This document shows, one piece after another, positions 49,776-63,170 of a DNA stretch of 64,000 nucleotides. Both the position numbers and the translations under genes were made by a program. How positions within the stretch are numbered: the first letter of the stretch is position 1; the number at the start of each line of letters is the position of its first letter. Origin of the DNA: Octopus sinensis (Eukaryota); assembly GCF_006345805.1 (NCBI RefSeq), contig NC_043005.1, forward strand, positions 27,156,001 through 27,220,000, written 5' to 3'. A model generated the notes under the pieces. It made no database searches. It was given only the letters and a program-made list of their open reading frames with translations, and had not been told where the DNA came from.

Positions 49776-50953
49776 CTGTTACTAAGAAAGATAGAAAGGA
49801 AAGCAGGAGTCACCGCAAACTTTTGAGTCGATAGAAGCCTTTGTAATATCCGAAATCTGCAGGAAATTCCCAAGTTTAGATTTGTAAAGATCCAGGAACT
49901 ACAGTATGTTGATGACCATGCTGTTGTAGTCGGGGTCGATAAATTAAGTACCAGTTACGCACTGGGGTCGATGCAATCGACTTGATCTCTTTGTCTATCC
50001 TTGTTTGTCCCCTCTTTGTTTAGCCCCTTGTGGGTAGTAAAGAAATAGACCATGCTGTTGTAGCTAATACTCAAGAAGCTCCACATGCCACCATCTTAGC
50101 ACCTGTTGCAGCCTATAAAATAATGGATCCCTCAGTTAATTGACTAGACAGGAAAGATCCTGGCCAAAGTTATGTATAAAAAAGTAGTCAATTTATATCA
50201 CAAAACATCACACCCGAGTCACGCGTGGTTTCTGCAGAGACCATCGCACACTAGACATAATCTTCGTAGCCTGGCAGCTTCGAGAGAAATGCAAAGAACA
50301 GGAATTGTTCTTTGCATTTGTGGATCTGTTAATGGTTTTTGAAACGACCTGTCCGTGACACACTACACCAACCTTTCTTCCTTCCACTTTTTCGGACAAT
50401 AGAAAAACACATAGCCTAATTCTACCGGAGAGTTAGGCAAGCATAATTTCCAATGACTGCTCGCTAGATGAAGAGATGTTTCAGTACCCTAGGTAGGTAT
50501 CTGTATCCTTTGAAAGACTCAGAAAAAGAAACTTCGAAAACAGCCATCTCAACCATTGCACTAAGGCTCTAGTCTACCTGGCAACCTGTCTTTCCACTCT
50601 CTTGCATGGCTGCAGTACATGAATCACATACAAGCAACACAATGTTGCCATCAAGGCCATTAATATCTAATGTCACAGTAACTATATTTCAATAAAAATT
50701 CACCGTCGGACTAACATCAGCATCATTGATTCCACACTGTATGCACATCGACCGAATATGTAGTGCGCATGTCTGAGTTAAGTCTTGCACGACCAGCAGA
50801 AAACCGTTTCTTATAAGAATAGGTATAACATCAACACTTCAAAAAAAAAAAAAAAAGGGAAGGCATTGCTTCCAACAGTTCATTCGGATTTCTCAGTTAG
50901 ATGGGGACTGAAGATATGGAGAAATACTCTCTGCACTACTAGGGATAAACAAT

Positions 50954-51028
<75 letters not shown>

Positions 51029-51096
51029 ATGAACAGATAATCCTTTATTTACATCATTTACATTTGACGGATATTGTCCTCATCTTGTTTGTTGTT

Positions 51097-51142
51097 AACA
51101 CAACGTTTCGGCTGATATACCCTCCAGCCTTCTTCAGGTGTC
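51097..51142 (-). ncRNA. Predicted minimal type-I hammerhead ribozyme (CUGAAGA core)
   Basis: Minus strand GACAC-CUGAAGA-A-GGCUG/loop/CAGCC-GAA-ACGU-U-GUGUC/U. It lies in a 142-bp insertion (51047-51188) with 13-bp TSD CAGATAATCCTTT. Confidence 0.65.
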
Positions 51143-52868
51143 TTGGGGAAATGTAAATAATGTATATAATTACTCATAAATATAGAACCAGATAATCCTT
51201 TCTACTCTAGACGCAAGGCCCGAAATATCTGGAAAGGAGGACAGTCGATGAGATCGACCTCCCCCCAGTACGTAAGTGTTACTTAATTTATCGACCCTGA
51301 AAGGATGAAAGGCAAAGTTGATCTCGGCAGAATTTGAACTCAAAACGTAGACAGACGAAATAGCGCTAAGCATTTCGCCCGGTGTGCTAAAGTTTCTGCC
51401 AGCTCGCCGCCTTGAGTTATGGACAGATGACAGCTGGTCCCTCCACCAGACATCTACGTCCTGACAATTGCAAGCAAAGTGACGAAGATCCATAAAGAGA
51501 AGAAAAGATTATCATTAAATTCGAAGGAGAGAACCATAAACAGGTAAAGCGTGTATTTGTGTGTGTGTATGTGTGTGTGCGTGTGCGTGTGCGTGTGTGT
51601 GTGCGTGCGTGCGTGTGTGTGTGTGTCAGTGTGTGTGTGAGGGGGAAGGTAAGTTTGTGCATGATTATGCGATGTGAGGTAAGGTGTGTTTGTGCGTGAG
51701 TGTGTGTATGCTGAGATAAGGTGTATGTGAGATGTGAACTAAGGTATGTGTGTGTGTGTTTGGTAAGATGTGTGTGCTTGTGTGTGTGTGTGTGTGTGTG
51801 TATAATAGGTGAGAAAAAATATGCGTATGTAAAAGAAGAGGTAAGTTGTTTGTGTGTGAGGTGTGTGTGTGGGGGGAGGGGCGAAAGGTGTGTAAGAGTT
51901 GGTTTCTAAGGTAACATCGTCTCATTTTCTATCCGTTCCACCTACATTTTCCCCTCCCCCTTTCCCTTGCTCCTCCTCCTCCTCCTGCCATCTTCAAGAT
52001 GTTGTGAAGGAGTTGGTGGGGGAGTTGGGGGTGGGGTGATGATTCCGGTGATGATTGATGATGGTGGTGAATGCAGTCGTGGTGGGGGTGAGGGTGATGG
52101 AGGCGAACGTGAAGTGAGGGCTGGCATGGCATTGCTGGTGGTAGTGGTGGTGGTGTTATATTGTATTTTCATAAATTAGTTCCCCCTCCCTCCAATTCTT
52201 TTTACACTTAACTTTGAACACACACACGCGCGCGCACACACACACATAATCCACACACAAACACAAATGCACATATGCACACACAAATACACGTTAATAC
52301 ACACACGTAACAATATACGTATACACACACACACATACAGGCACATAGATCTGCTTCACATACAAGCACACACACACAAACACACACACACACAAACACA
52401 CACACGCATACACACACATACACATACACGCGTACGCATAATGTACATTTGTGTATTTTTACTTTTGAGATGAACAATACTGATGTAGAGTCCAACAATG
52501 ACCACCACCACTATCCAAGATCAAAGATGTTCCATACACGACCGTCTCATAATTTATTTTGAGACTTTGTGAGCCAATGTGTCTTTCTTTTGAGGACAAA
52601 AGTAGTGGATTTAGCTGATATTTCTAGCTCGTTAACTGACCACATTAGCAATTTCCTCACTTGTTTCATGATGATGATGACTGCGACGACGTCGACGATG
52701 ATGATGGTGGTGGTGGTAGTGGTGTGGTGGTGATGTTGATATTTGTGATGCTAATGATGATGGTGATAATGGTCTATCTATCTGTCTATCTGTCTAACTG
52801 CCTCTATGTGTGTGTGTGTGTGTGTTCATGCATTTGTGTATGTGCGTTTATATATATATATATATATA

Positions 52869-53246
52869 TCTATATATAAACGGCAGTTTGTCTGTGCGTG
52901 TTTCTGTGTGTCTGTTTGCTTGTACCCTCACCCTGACCACGGCTTTCAACCGATTCTGATGAAACTTGACACACACATAGCCCAATGTCATAATTCAAAA
53001 CTAACGCAGCGAAAATTTTGAAAAGTTCCCCCAGTTCTGAAAAAAATCGATAAATTCGACATGGGGTCGAGAATCAGAAACACAAACCGCAAACTGTCTA
53101 GGGGACGCAACTCCACCTTTTTTAACTAAAAAAAAAATTTACCATCATTTTTTTCCGTTTTTTTGCTATTTTTTGGCTATAACTCTCTAAAAATGCTTTA
53201 TAGTTATTTCCCTTACAAAACTGAGCAACGCCGGGCGATACTGCTA

Positions 53247-53247
<1 letters not shown>
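52869..53247 (+). mobile_element. Non-autonomous Helitron
   Basis: A|TCTATATATAAA 5' end, TTTCAACCGATTCTGATGAAACTTG motif, 3' hairpin-like CTGAGCAACGCCGGG followed by CTAG|T, no TSD. Confidence 0.8.
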
Positions 53248-53284
<37 letters not shown>

Positions 53285-53489
53285 TACAATGAGAGAGTAA
53301 GAGAGAAGTCGAAAGAGAAAGAGAGAGAGATTGATAGACAAGCACACACACATAACATGTTTGTGTGTGTGTGTATGAGTTAATGTGTCTATATATGTGT
53401 ATATATGTATGTGTGAATATATCTCTGTATATACATGTGAGTGTGGTGTTCCAGCATGGGCGCAGTGCAGTGACTGAAACAAGTAAAAA

Positions 53490-53889
53490 ATAATATCTAT
53501 GTGTGTGTGTGTGTGTATACATATATATATATATGTATATATCTGTGTGTGTGTGTGTGTATACATATATATATATGTATATATCTGTGTGTGTGTGTGT
53601 ATACATATATATATATGTATATATCTGTGTGTGTGTGTCTGTGTATACATATATATATATGTATATATCTGTGTGTGTGTATATACACACATATATACAT
53701 ATATATATATGTGTGTGTATATGTATGCATAATGTTGTGTGTATGTATAACTGTACGTGTATGAATGTATGAGTGTATATGTAATTAAAATTGCGTATGC
53801 ATATTTGTGTATGTGTGTGTGTGATTGAGTGCGTGCGTACTAAGAAGTATGCATATATCTATCAATTATAATGTGTGTATACACACTCA

Positions 53890-53971
<82 letters not shown>

Positions 53972-54086
53972 ATATATTATATATATATATATACATACAC
54001 ACGCACACACACACATATATATATATATGTGTATATACATACATACACACACATATGTGTATATAATTACAGATCTATGTATGCAC

Positions 54087-54122
<36 letters not shown>

Positions 54123-54230
54123 GCGTATGCATGTACGTATGTATTTAAGTGTATGTGTGTATACAATGTATACGCACGCACAGACACGTACACATACATG
54201 TATGTGAATGTGTTTGAATGTACATTTAGT

Positions 54231-54280
<50 letters not shown>
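53490..54280. repeat. Compound (GT)n/(AT)n microsatellite with higher-order ~32-bp unit
   Basis: ATATCTGTGTGTGTGTGTGTATACATATATATATATGT repeated 4-5x, then (TA)n and (GT)n. Confidence 0.9.
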
Positions 54281-54281
<1 letters not shown>

Positions 54282-54399
54282 TAGGTGTAGTAGTAGATGT
54301 CAGAATATTTGACCTCGCAGATGAAGGGGGAAAAAAAACTTTAATTATTTTGCACTCTGTTGACTGCGGAATTTCCGACAATTATCCAATGTTTCAGAA

Positions 54400-54526
54400 G
54401 TTCCATCACCCCCACCGCAACCCCCATCACCACCACCACTACCACCACAATCACCACAATCACCACAAACACCGCAAACGCCATCATCACCACCACCACC
54501 ACCACCACCATAATCATCATCATCAA

Positions 54527-54585
<59 letters not shown>

Positions 54586-54995
54586 ACAGCATCAACAGCA
54601 TCACCACCACTACCATTACTGCCTCCTACACCTTCACAAACATCACTACCAACTCCAACACAACCACCACCACCACCGCCGCGCCAAAAACCATTTCTTG
54701 CACCACCACCACCACCACCACCACCATCACTACGTACTTACATCATAATTACCATCAGCATCAGCATCACTAATACTTACATCATAGTAATTACCACAAC
54801 CACCACAACCACAACCACCACAGTGGCTACTAACAATACCATTACTATCATCTACCACCACCACCAGTACCACCCACGCCACCACCTCCATTTCCACCTC
54901 TACCACCGCCGCCGCTACCACCACCACCACCACCACCACCACCACCACTAACTCCACCATCTACACCACCACTACCACCTATACAACTACTACAG
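54400..54995. repeat. (ACC)n/(ATC)n trinucleotide low-complexity tract
   Basis: Read directly. It is the source of the poly-His/Thr/Ile/Met ORFs. Confidence 0.9.
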
Positions 54996-55019
54996 CATCC
55001 ATAATCTCATCCCTTTATA

Positions 55020-56150
55020 ATATTGCAGAACATCACTCTGTACCGTGCTGCAGAACTCCACTCCACGCTTCACCGCATAATCATGCACTCCACCAAAAAA
55101 AAAAAAAAGACAGAAAAAAATCAACAAAAAAAAAAAACAAACGAAAATAAAACACAAAAAGAAAACATTGCAACTCAGAGCCCATTAATATACTAAAACT
55201 ATGTACAGCGCAACCGACCTCCCCACCATCCCGCCAGGCTATACACTGCAGCAACAACACAATAATGGGGTGGGGGTTCAATGCATTAATACATCCTGGT
55301 TTTCAAATAGTACTGCTAACAAAAGAGGTAATACAATAAGATCACAACAAAAGTCCCTTTGTATCCTGAATAATCCACACCAACACACACACACACATGC
55401 CTGTCCAAGAGTTGCTGCAATTATCAACTTTTATCTAGACATCGCATTCTTCTCCATACGTCTTTCTTTTCGGTCCTTCTAACGATTGTCATAACTTCTC
55501 ACATATCGATGAAGAATGTTAAAAATACTTTTACAAACTTTGAAAAGGCCCAATGGAATGAGTTCCACCAAGAAACCAATAAATGTTTTCCAGAATTCAA
55601 CAACGCCAAAATTAGATAATGCAGCGTATTTATAGAAGCACCACACCAAAATATATTCTCCACAGCAGCATAGGAAAAAAAAAAATACAATTCACTTAGA
55701 AACCAGAAATAGCCATCCTCTTTAAAACCAGGTCAACCTCAGACTCAATACCCTAACGTCACACACACACAAATGAAATTAAACTGCATCAAATAATTAA
55801 GGAAGGAAATAAATATTATATATTGTAGAAAAAAAAACTCGGAAAATTGGCAAACATTTATGCCCAACGTAAACCACAAAGCAAACCGCAAAGCATTATA
55901 CATAGAATAATTAGCAACATTAACGACAATATCTATGTCACACCTCAACTTTATATAATATTCCTACTTGGCAACACTAAGTGTTCTTTATGAAATCTTT
56001 CTCGAAAATTCTTTTAATGAAATATCTCCAATACAAAAGAAAAATCTAAACGCTCAAAAGCTTCAGTGTCAGACAATCTTAAAAACACATACCGAAAGTG
56101 TCTACAGTCAAAACCAATATCTACGATTTTTCGTACCGATATTGTCAAAT
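55020..56150 (+). mobile_element. Possible highly degenerate LINE ORF2 (endonuclease-linker) remnant
   Basis: PTIPPGYTLQQQHNNGVGV resembles APE 'IPGY....R....GGGV', and NFTNFEKAQWNEF resembles the 'NF.KA.W..F' linker. Many stops. Confidence 0.4.
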
Positions 56151-56690
56151 GCTTAGAATACTAGAGAACCCTAGCTGTCAATAATGACAGCGGGTGTTTT
56201 ACATAAACTATGTGATAGTTGCAACATTTTGGTTAGTATGTGTGAATATTCAATTTTTCCAAGTGGAGGTATTGTTGAAAAATGTACTTTAATAACCTGG
56301 AGTTGGATATATAATTTAACGAAACAGGGGGAAAGCATTTACACGACGCACTACGGTTAATGTTACACGAGGTTAAACGCTCTCTGCCAACGGCTCACGA
56401 TGAACTGCTTGCTCATCAATTGCTCATAGCTCTTTATTTTATAGCAATGTGTTAGTCCATTTTTAGTCACTTATGGGTGGTCGGAATTCTTCCACAACAT
56501 GCACCAAATGAAAGTTGCTAATGAGAGCATGAGGATGTAAATAAAAATGCCAAAAATAACAAAAAAGTAAGAAAATTATATTTATTTATCACTTTCTAAG
56601 TATTATACGGATCTGATTAGTTTTAATATGTAGAATATAATGTAGTTAACGATTCACTTGTTAACGATTCTACATTGTTATTTTCAAATT

Positions 56691-57962
56691 CTGAATAAAA
56701 TATATTATACATGCAAACATTATACAAATTTGGAACACAAAACAATAAACATTTTCAAAGATATGAACGGAAATATTAATTTTCAAACGTTGCAAAAATA
56801 TGTACACCCTAAAGGAAATTTGCTATATTCAATATTTTACCCACTTTTCTTTACTAACTTCAGATATTGCAGATAATTTCAATTGTAATAAATTATTTCT
56901 CCTGGCATTTTTGCACCAGTCATTGTTATTGCATCTGCAGGAATTCTGATTTGTGTACCGTGGTGAAAATCTTCTTAATTGTGATTAAAATGGCACCAAA
57001 AGGAAAAGAATTGTCTGAAGATTTGAAGAAAATTATTTTTAATTTGTACAAGAATGGTTTAGAATACAAGTATATTAGCAAACGAATACATATTAGCGTA
57101 AACACAGTTGCCGACGTAATTCAGAAGTACAAAGCTACTGGACGGCTAAACAATAAAGATAATTCAGGTCGACCTTCTATTTTAACTGCGCGTGATATTC
57201 GCCACATCCAACGTTGCATGATGGACGAAGATAATAGCGACAAATGCACTGTGCCTACCGTGAAACATGGTGGCAGAAGTGTTATGCTTTGGGGATGCAT
57301 GAGTGCGGCTGGTGTGGGAGAACTCACATTTATTGAGAGAACAATGGATTCAAGGCTTCATTGTGAGATATTGCAAAAAACAATGTTGAAAAGCATCAAG
57401 GAACTAGGAAGATATTCCATGTTCCAACATGATAATGACCCTAAATACATTTCAAAGATGACGACTAAGATTTTATCAGATAAGAAGATAAAGGTATTGC
57501 CTTGGCCTACCATGTCTCCTAAAATAAACCCAGTTGAACATTTGTGGGGTGTTTTGAAAAGGAAGGTTGAGGAGAAAAAGCCCCGCAATGTAATACAATT
57601 GAAAGACATCATTGAGTTGAATGGAGGTCGATTTCATCAGTTGTATGCGGAAATTTAGTTGACTCTATTCCCGGAAGACTTCATGCAGTCATTGAAAGCA
57701 AGGGTGATCGCACCAAATATTGAATATAGCAAATAATTCTTTAGGGTATACATATTTTTGTAACGTTTGAAAATTAATATTTCGTTCATATCTTTGAAAA
57801 TGTTTATTATTTTGAGCTTCAAATTTGTATAATATTTGCATGTATAATATATTTTATTCAGCATAAATTTCGTTTGATTTCCTTCAATATCATCAGAGTA
57901 ATGGCGATTTTATAGAAAAAATGTTAGGGGTGTACATACTTCTGTGAGATACGGCATATATG
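56691..57962 (+). mobile_element. Tc1-like (DD34E) transposon, internally deleted
   Basis: Inverted arms 56691-56838 / 57716-57861. Transposase 56990-57723 reads MAPKGKELSEDLKK, PTVKHGGRSVMLWGC, FQHDNDPK...INPVEHLW (34 residues D to E), with a frameshift near 57612. Confidence 0.9.
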
Positions 57963-58304
57963 TATTCTCAAAGCTATCAAAATGTATGCATTTTTACACA
58001 TGGCTACATGATCTTACAATTAACATAGATTTTCTAAAGATTTTCAAAGGACAGCGGCTTTCGTTTATGCAAAACCTGTGTATTTACAACATATTTGCCA
58101 AACTTTGTACAAAAGCTACAAACGTAAACAATAAGTATTATTATTCTTATTCCCCGCAGAAGTTCCTGAAGAACAATGCTTCAGTTTTTTTTAGACATAA
58201 AGATGCAACACATCTTATCTATCTGAATTTTCAATCTGTAATTTCAATTTTTTTCTTTTCATTCTGCTTAAAACAAGAAATACATGTATGCAGGAAGCAT
58301 GATA

Positions 58305-59902
58305 CACTGGCGAAAATAAATTTAAGACAGATGATAAAAGTTCTATTTCTCACAAATTATTTTGTTACTAACACCATATAAGTTATTTTTATCGTTTACA
58401 CCTTATGCAGAATTTATTTCTCTTTTGAATGATGCAGACAATAACTATTTTTATACAGCTTGAAGAATTCTAATGCTAAATTAATATAAACGTTTCAAAT
58501 TTACCGGCAAAATTAGTTCAAGACCGTATCATTATAAATTTATTTAAAGCTTAAGATTGTAGCAAAAATGAACAGCAAGAACGAAATACATATTAGTACT
58601 TTGTGCCGTAGTCTTTATTCTTAATAATGGCTGTACAACGCCTCGGCATTGAATTCGCTAAGGGATTACAAAATTCTATGGGAATGTTTTGCCATATTTC
58701 ATTGATATAATCGAATAATTGTTTTAGATTAGTTGGTTTTTTAGCATGGACTTTTTTGGAAACATAATTCCACAAGTTCTCGATCGGATTCAGGTCCTTG
58801 CTCTGGGGAGGCCATTCGATTACGTCAATACTATGGCGATCAAAAATTTCCATAACCTTTTTGGTTTTGTGCACAAGACTATTGTCCTGCTGATAAATAG
58901 CCCCCGGAGGCATTTGGTGAGTCAAATATGGCACATTATCCCTTAGTAGATTCATATAACCTACACTATTTAGCTTTCCATCAACTTTAACTAGAGGTGC
59001 AACACAAAGCTACTAAATGCCGCCCACACCATCACACCCCATCCCCCCGCTTGCGCCGTCTTTTTCACACATTTCAGCTGGAATTCCTCGGTTGGGTGAC
59101 GTCTGACGTATGTTTTACCATCTGATCCAAATATACAGAAGCATGACTCGTCACTCCAAAGGCTCTAGCACCAATCTTCGGCAGTCCATTGAGCATAGAT
59201 TTTTACGAAATTAAGGCGTTTGAGTCGATTTCTTTCAGATATCATTGGCTTTTCCCTAGCGATTCGTCCATGTAGTCCAAATTCTCTCAAACGGTTGCGA
59301 ACGGTTTGTGGTGTAAAAATAACGCCATTCTCGCTGGATAATTGCTTACAAATGTCAACGGTTGTCAGCATTCGGTTGCCTTCTGAAAGTCGGTGGATTC
59401 GACGGTCCAACTGCACCGTCGTTTTTGTTGGGGCGCCAGTCCTTTGCCGATCTTTATATTGACCAGTCTTCGAGTATAACTTCTACGCTTGCACGCAAGC
59501 CGTTTTACTGCACTTTAGTTGCTTGTTGATGCTCGAATTGCTGGTGGAGTAATACGACTTTTGCTCTCGTGACTGGACTGAGGCTACGTTGTTTTCCCAT
59601 TATTAATCAATTGTAAAATAACGTTAAATTATAACACTATATAGTGTAGATAGGTAGTTATGTGACTACCCATTTTGGCAAAAAAATTTGCATACATATT
59701 TGCCGGTAAATTTGAAACGTTTATATTAATTTTGCATTAGAATTCAAGTTGTATAAAAATAGTTATTGTCTGCATCATTCAAAAGAGAAATAAATTCTGC
59801 ATAAGATGTAAAAGATAAAAATAATTTGTATGGTGTTAGTACCAAAATATTTTGTAAAAAATAGAACTTTTATCATCTGTCTTAAATTTATTTTCGTCAG
59901 TG
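58305..59902 (-). mobile_element. Full-length, inactivated Tc1-like (DD34E) transposon with ~205-bp TIRs
   Basis: TA|CACTG ... CAGTG|TA, TIRs 58305-58510 / 59700-59902. Transposase 59600->58593 has WSDES, QQDN...DLNPIENLW (34 spacing), with stops and frameshifts. Confidence 0.93.
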
Positions 59903-60325
59903 TAAGTAAATAATCTAAAGATGAATACATGATATCTCTCAGTAAGAGAATATAAAAAGTAAGAGTGGAACATGTATGAGGTAGAACAATTAATAGTGGA
60001 TTAAATGAATATACGAATATACATAGCGTATTAAATATACACACTGATGACAGATAGCGTGTTACATGTATTGGTTATATTTACTAATCAGAAAAAGGAG
60101 AAAATTAATTTGATCATCTGAATTTATGAAAATAAAAAACATTAGCTGAGCATTATATGGCAAAGAAAACAGCAAAATGAATTTTCGATTACATAACAAA
60201 CAGAAAGATTCCAGCCCGTGTAGCATAATCTAAAAAATAAATCTTATAAAGTGGAACTAATTCAGTGGCTTGTAAAAGGATTAAGTGTTACACAATACAA
60301 ACACACACACACGAGTATATATACA

Positions 60326-60924
60326 TTTCTTTATTGGCCACAGAGAGGCTAAACATAGAGGGGACAAACAAGGACAGACAAAAGAATTAAGTCGATTACA
60401 TCGACCCCAGTGCGTAACTGGTACTTATTCAATCGATCCCGAAAGGATGAAAGGCAAAGTCGACCTCGACGGTAATTTGAACTCAGAACGTAACGGCAGA
60501 CGAAATACCTATTTCATTACTACCCACAAGGGGCTAAACATAGAGTGGACAAACAAGGACAGACTAAGGGATTAAGTCGATTACCTCGACCCCAGTGCAT
60601 AACTGGTACTTATTTAATCGACCCCGAAAGGATGAAAGGCAAAGTCGACCTCGGCGGAATTTGAACTCAGAACGTAACGGCAGACGAAATACCTTTTTCA
60701 TTACTACCCACAAGGGGCAAAACATAGAGTGGACAAACAAGGACAGACAAAGGAATTAAGTCGATTACATCGACCCCAGTGCGTAACTGGTACTTATTTA
60801 ATCGACCCTGAAAGGATGAAAGGTAAAGTCGACCTCGGCGGAATTTGAACTCAGAACGTAATGCCAGACGAAATACGGCTACGCATTTCTCCCGGCGTGC
60901 TAACGTTTCTGCCAGCTCGCCGCC
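60326..60924 (-). mobile_element. Head-to-tail trimer of family A SINE (184-bp period)
   Basis: One copy with full head (to 60924) plus two copies truncated at the same GGTATTTCGTCTG point (junctions 60509/60693). Confidence 0.88.
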
Positions 60925-60947
60925 CTATGAGTATATATACGTGCGTG

Positions 60948-61014
<67 letters not shown>

Positions 61015-61343
61015 GCACGAACACTTGGCATATCCTGCGTATTGTTTGAAACTGGGAAAATAATCGTAATTCTAAAGTTCAATGTTCTATCTTTGCTCAC
61101 TCTTAAAATTGATAGAAACGGTAAATCTTGAAGTCTAACCCACGTTAGCCTACACGGCACCCTCTCCAAACACGACACCCTCTCCAAAACACAGCACCCA
61201 CTCCAAAGAAATGAAACCTGACCGCTACAGCAAACTTAAAGCAGCCGTTAATTCCATTAATTCTACAGCTACCCCACTTTATTTCGTTTTATCAAAGTTA
61301 CAAAAGAACACCAGATATATATATATAAGGGCATAGACATACG

Positions 61344-61398
<55 letters not shown>

Positions 61399-61419
61399 TA
61401 CATATACATATATGCATGT

Positions 61420-62000
61420 ATGTATGTATATATATATATACATATAAATACACACAAATATATATGAACATGCAACCATAATACATACATACATAATACA
61501 TACATACATACATACATTCATATATACATACATACATACACACATACATACATACATTTTACATACATTCATACATACAAACATATATGCATACACACAT
61601 ACATTCATACATACATACATATACATACATGCATTCATACATACAAACATACATACATACATACATACATACATACATACATACATACATACACACATAC
61701 ATACATACATTCATACATACATACAAACATATATGCATACACACTTTCATACATACATACATACATACATATACATACATGCATTCATACATACAAACAT
61801 ACATACATACATACATACATACATACACACATACATACATACATTTTACATACATTCATACATACATACATACAAACATACATACATACATTCATACATA
61901 CATTCATTCATACATACGCACACACATGCATACATACATTCATACATATACACACACGCACACACATACATGCATACATACATGCATGCACATATACATA
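61420..62000. repeat. (CATA)n compound microsatellite
   Basis: Read directly. A further perfect (CATA)n lies at 62681-62735. Confidence 0.92.
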
Positions 62001-62755
62001 TGCATATAATAATGGCTGTCCACTCGTGACCATGGAAGACCATACAAAATACCAGCAATGTTCGTGCATAAGGTCATTGCACCAGCAATCGGATTGGTCT
62101 GAGTTCGTATTCGCAGCTTCAAAGCTTAACGTAGCGCACTCCTACTCAACCGGTCATCACTTGGCCAGCGATTGCACAACCTAAACACTTAAGTCCAAGA
62201 AGGCTCGCACAGCATCTGACAGACCCTCCCCACCCAACAGACATGATCCAGAGACAAGCCAAGGCAAGATAACCAGGGCCAGTATGGGTCGAAGGTTCAA
62301 AAATGTGCGAGTACCATGATCTCAAGCGCAAGAGAAAAGTTCTCAAAATGTCCAATGCAATTTCCTGCATATTTGGTTTTATATCAGAATGTCCTTCTCC
62401 AAGAGCCATGCTTTAGCAAAAGCAATGGTGTACCTCAGTCCCTGTGCTCCGCCAGCACGCCAGACACCAGCCCGGAATTTCTGAAGGCCCCGGCATATTG
62501 TTAGATAGAAGTTGAGCCTACCCTATGTTCATCAGTTCTTTTGATAGAGCTTGCTTTTAAGTCCTGCTGGGTTTCTAGTGACCTTGCTCACCAAGGAAAC
62601 TTGGTGGCGGTGGGGATGACCTGATCATGCAACAGATCGTGCCAGATTCAATACTACTAGCAGCACTCATGGGTGACCTGATACATACATACATACATAC
62701 ATACATACATACATACATACATACATACATACATACAGATAGACAGACAGACAAA

Positions 62756-62992
62756 TAGTCATTATTTACATTATTTACATTCGACGGATATTTGTCCTCA
62801 TCTTGTTTGTTGTTAACACAACGTTTCGGCTGATATACCCTCCAGCCTTCATCAGGTGTCTAGGGAAAATTTCGAACCTAGGTTCTCATTCCTAAGGTAT
62901 TTTTCGATGTTATATGCCCACGGGCATACGGCGTAGTGGTTAAGAGCACGAGCTACTCACCCCAAGATTACGAGTTCGATTCCAGGCAATGA

Positions 62993-63023
<31 letters not shown>

Positions 63024-63105
63024 CACAACAAATCACAGCACATACCCAAGGCACACAGAGCTGCGCTCGGTAGTGAAGTGAAAGCACGCTATAAAAATAA
63101 AACTA

Positions 63106-63170
<65 letters not shown>

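Noticed and set aside
51414-51545. Unique-sequence island ending in CAG|GTAAAG with one open frame (QLVPPPDIYVLTIASKVTKIHKEKK...)
   Set aside because: No pyrimidine-rich acceptor, no recognisable protein family and no partner exons found. It could still be a UTR or ncRNA exon but is unsupported.
54230-54960. Poly-His / poly-Thr / poly-Met ORFs
   Set aside because: Open frames caused by (ACC)n/(ATC)n microsatellites. No splice or homology support.
57944-58381. 145-aa plus-strand ORF
   Set aside because: AT-rich low-information frame running into the Tc1 TIR. No motifs.
62918-62995. Possible tRNA genes (also 3905-3975, 4847-4915, 14570-14635)
   Set aside because: A/B boxes are present but there is no proper acceptor stem or cloverleaf, and each continues into repeat body. 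These are SINE heads.
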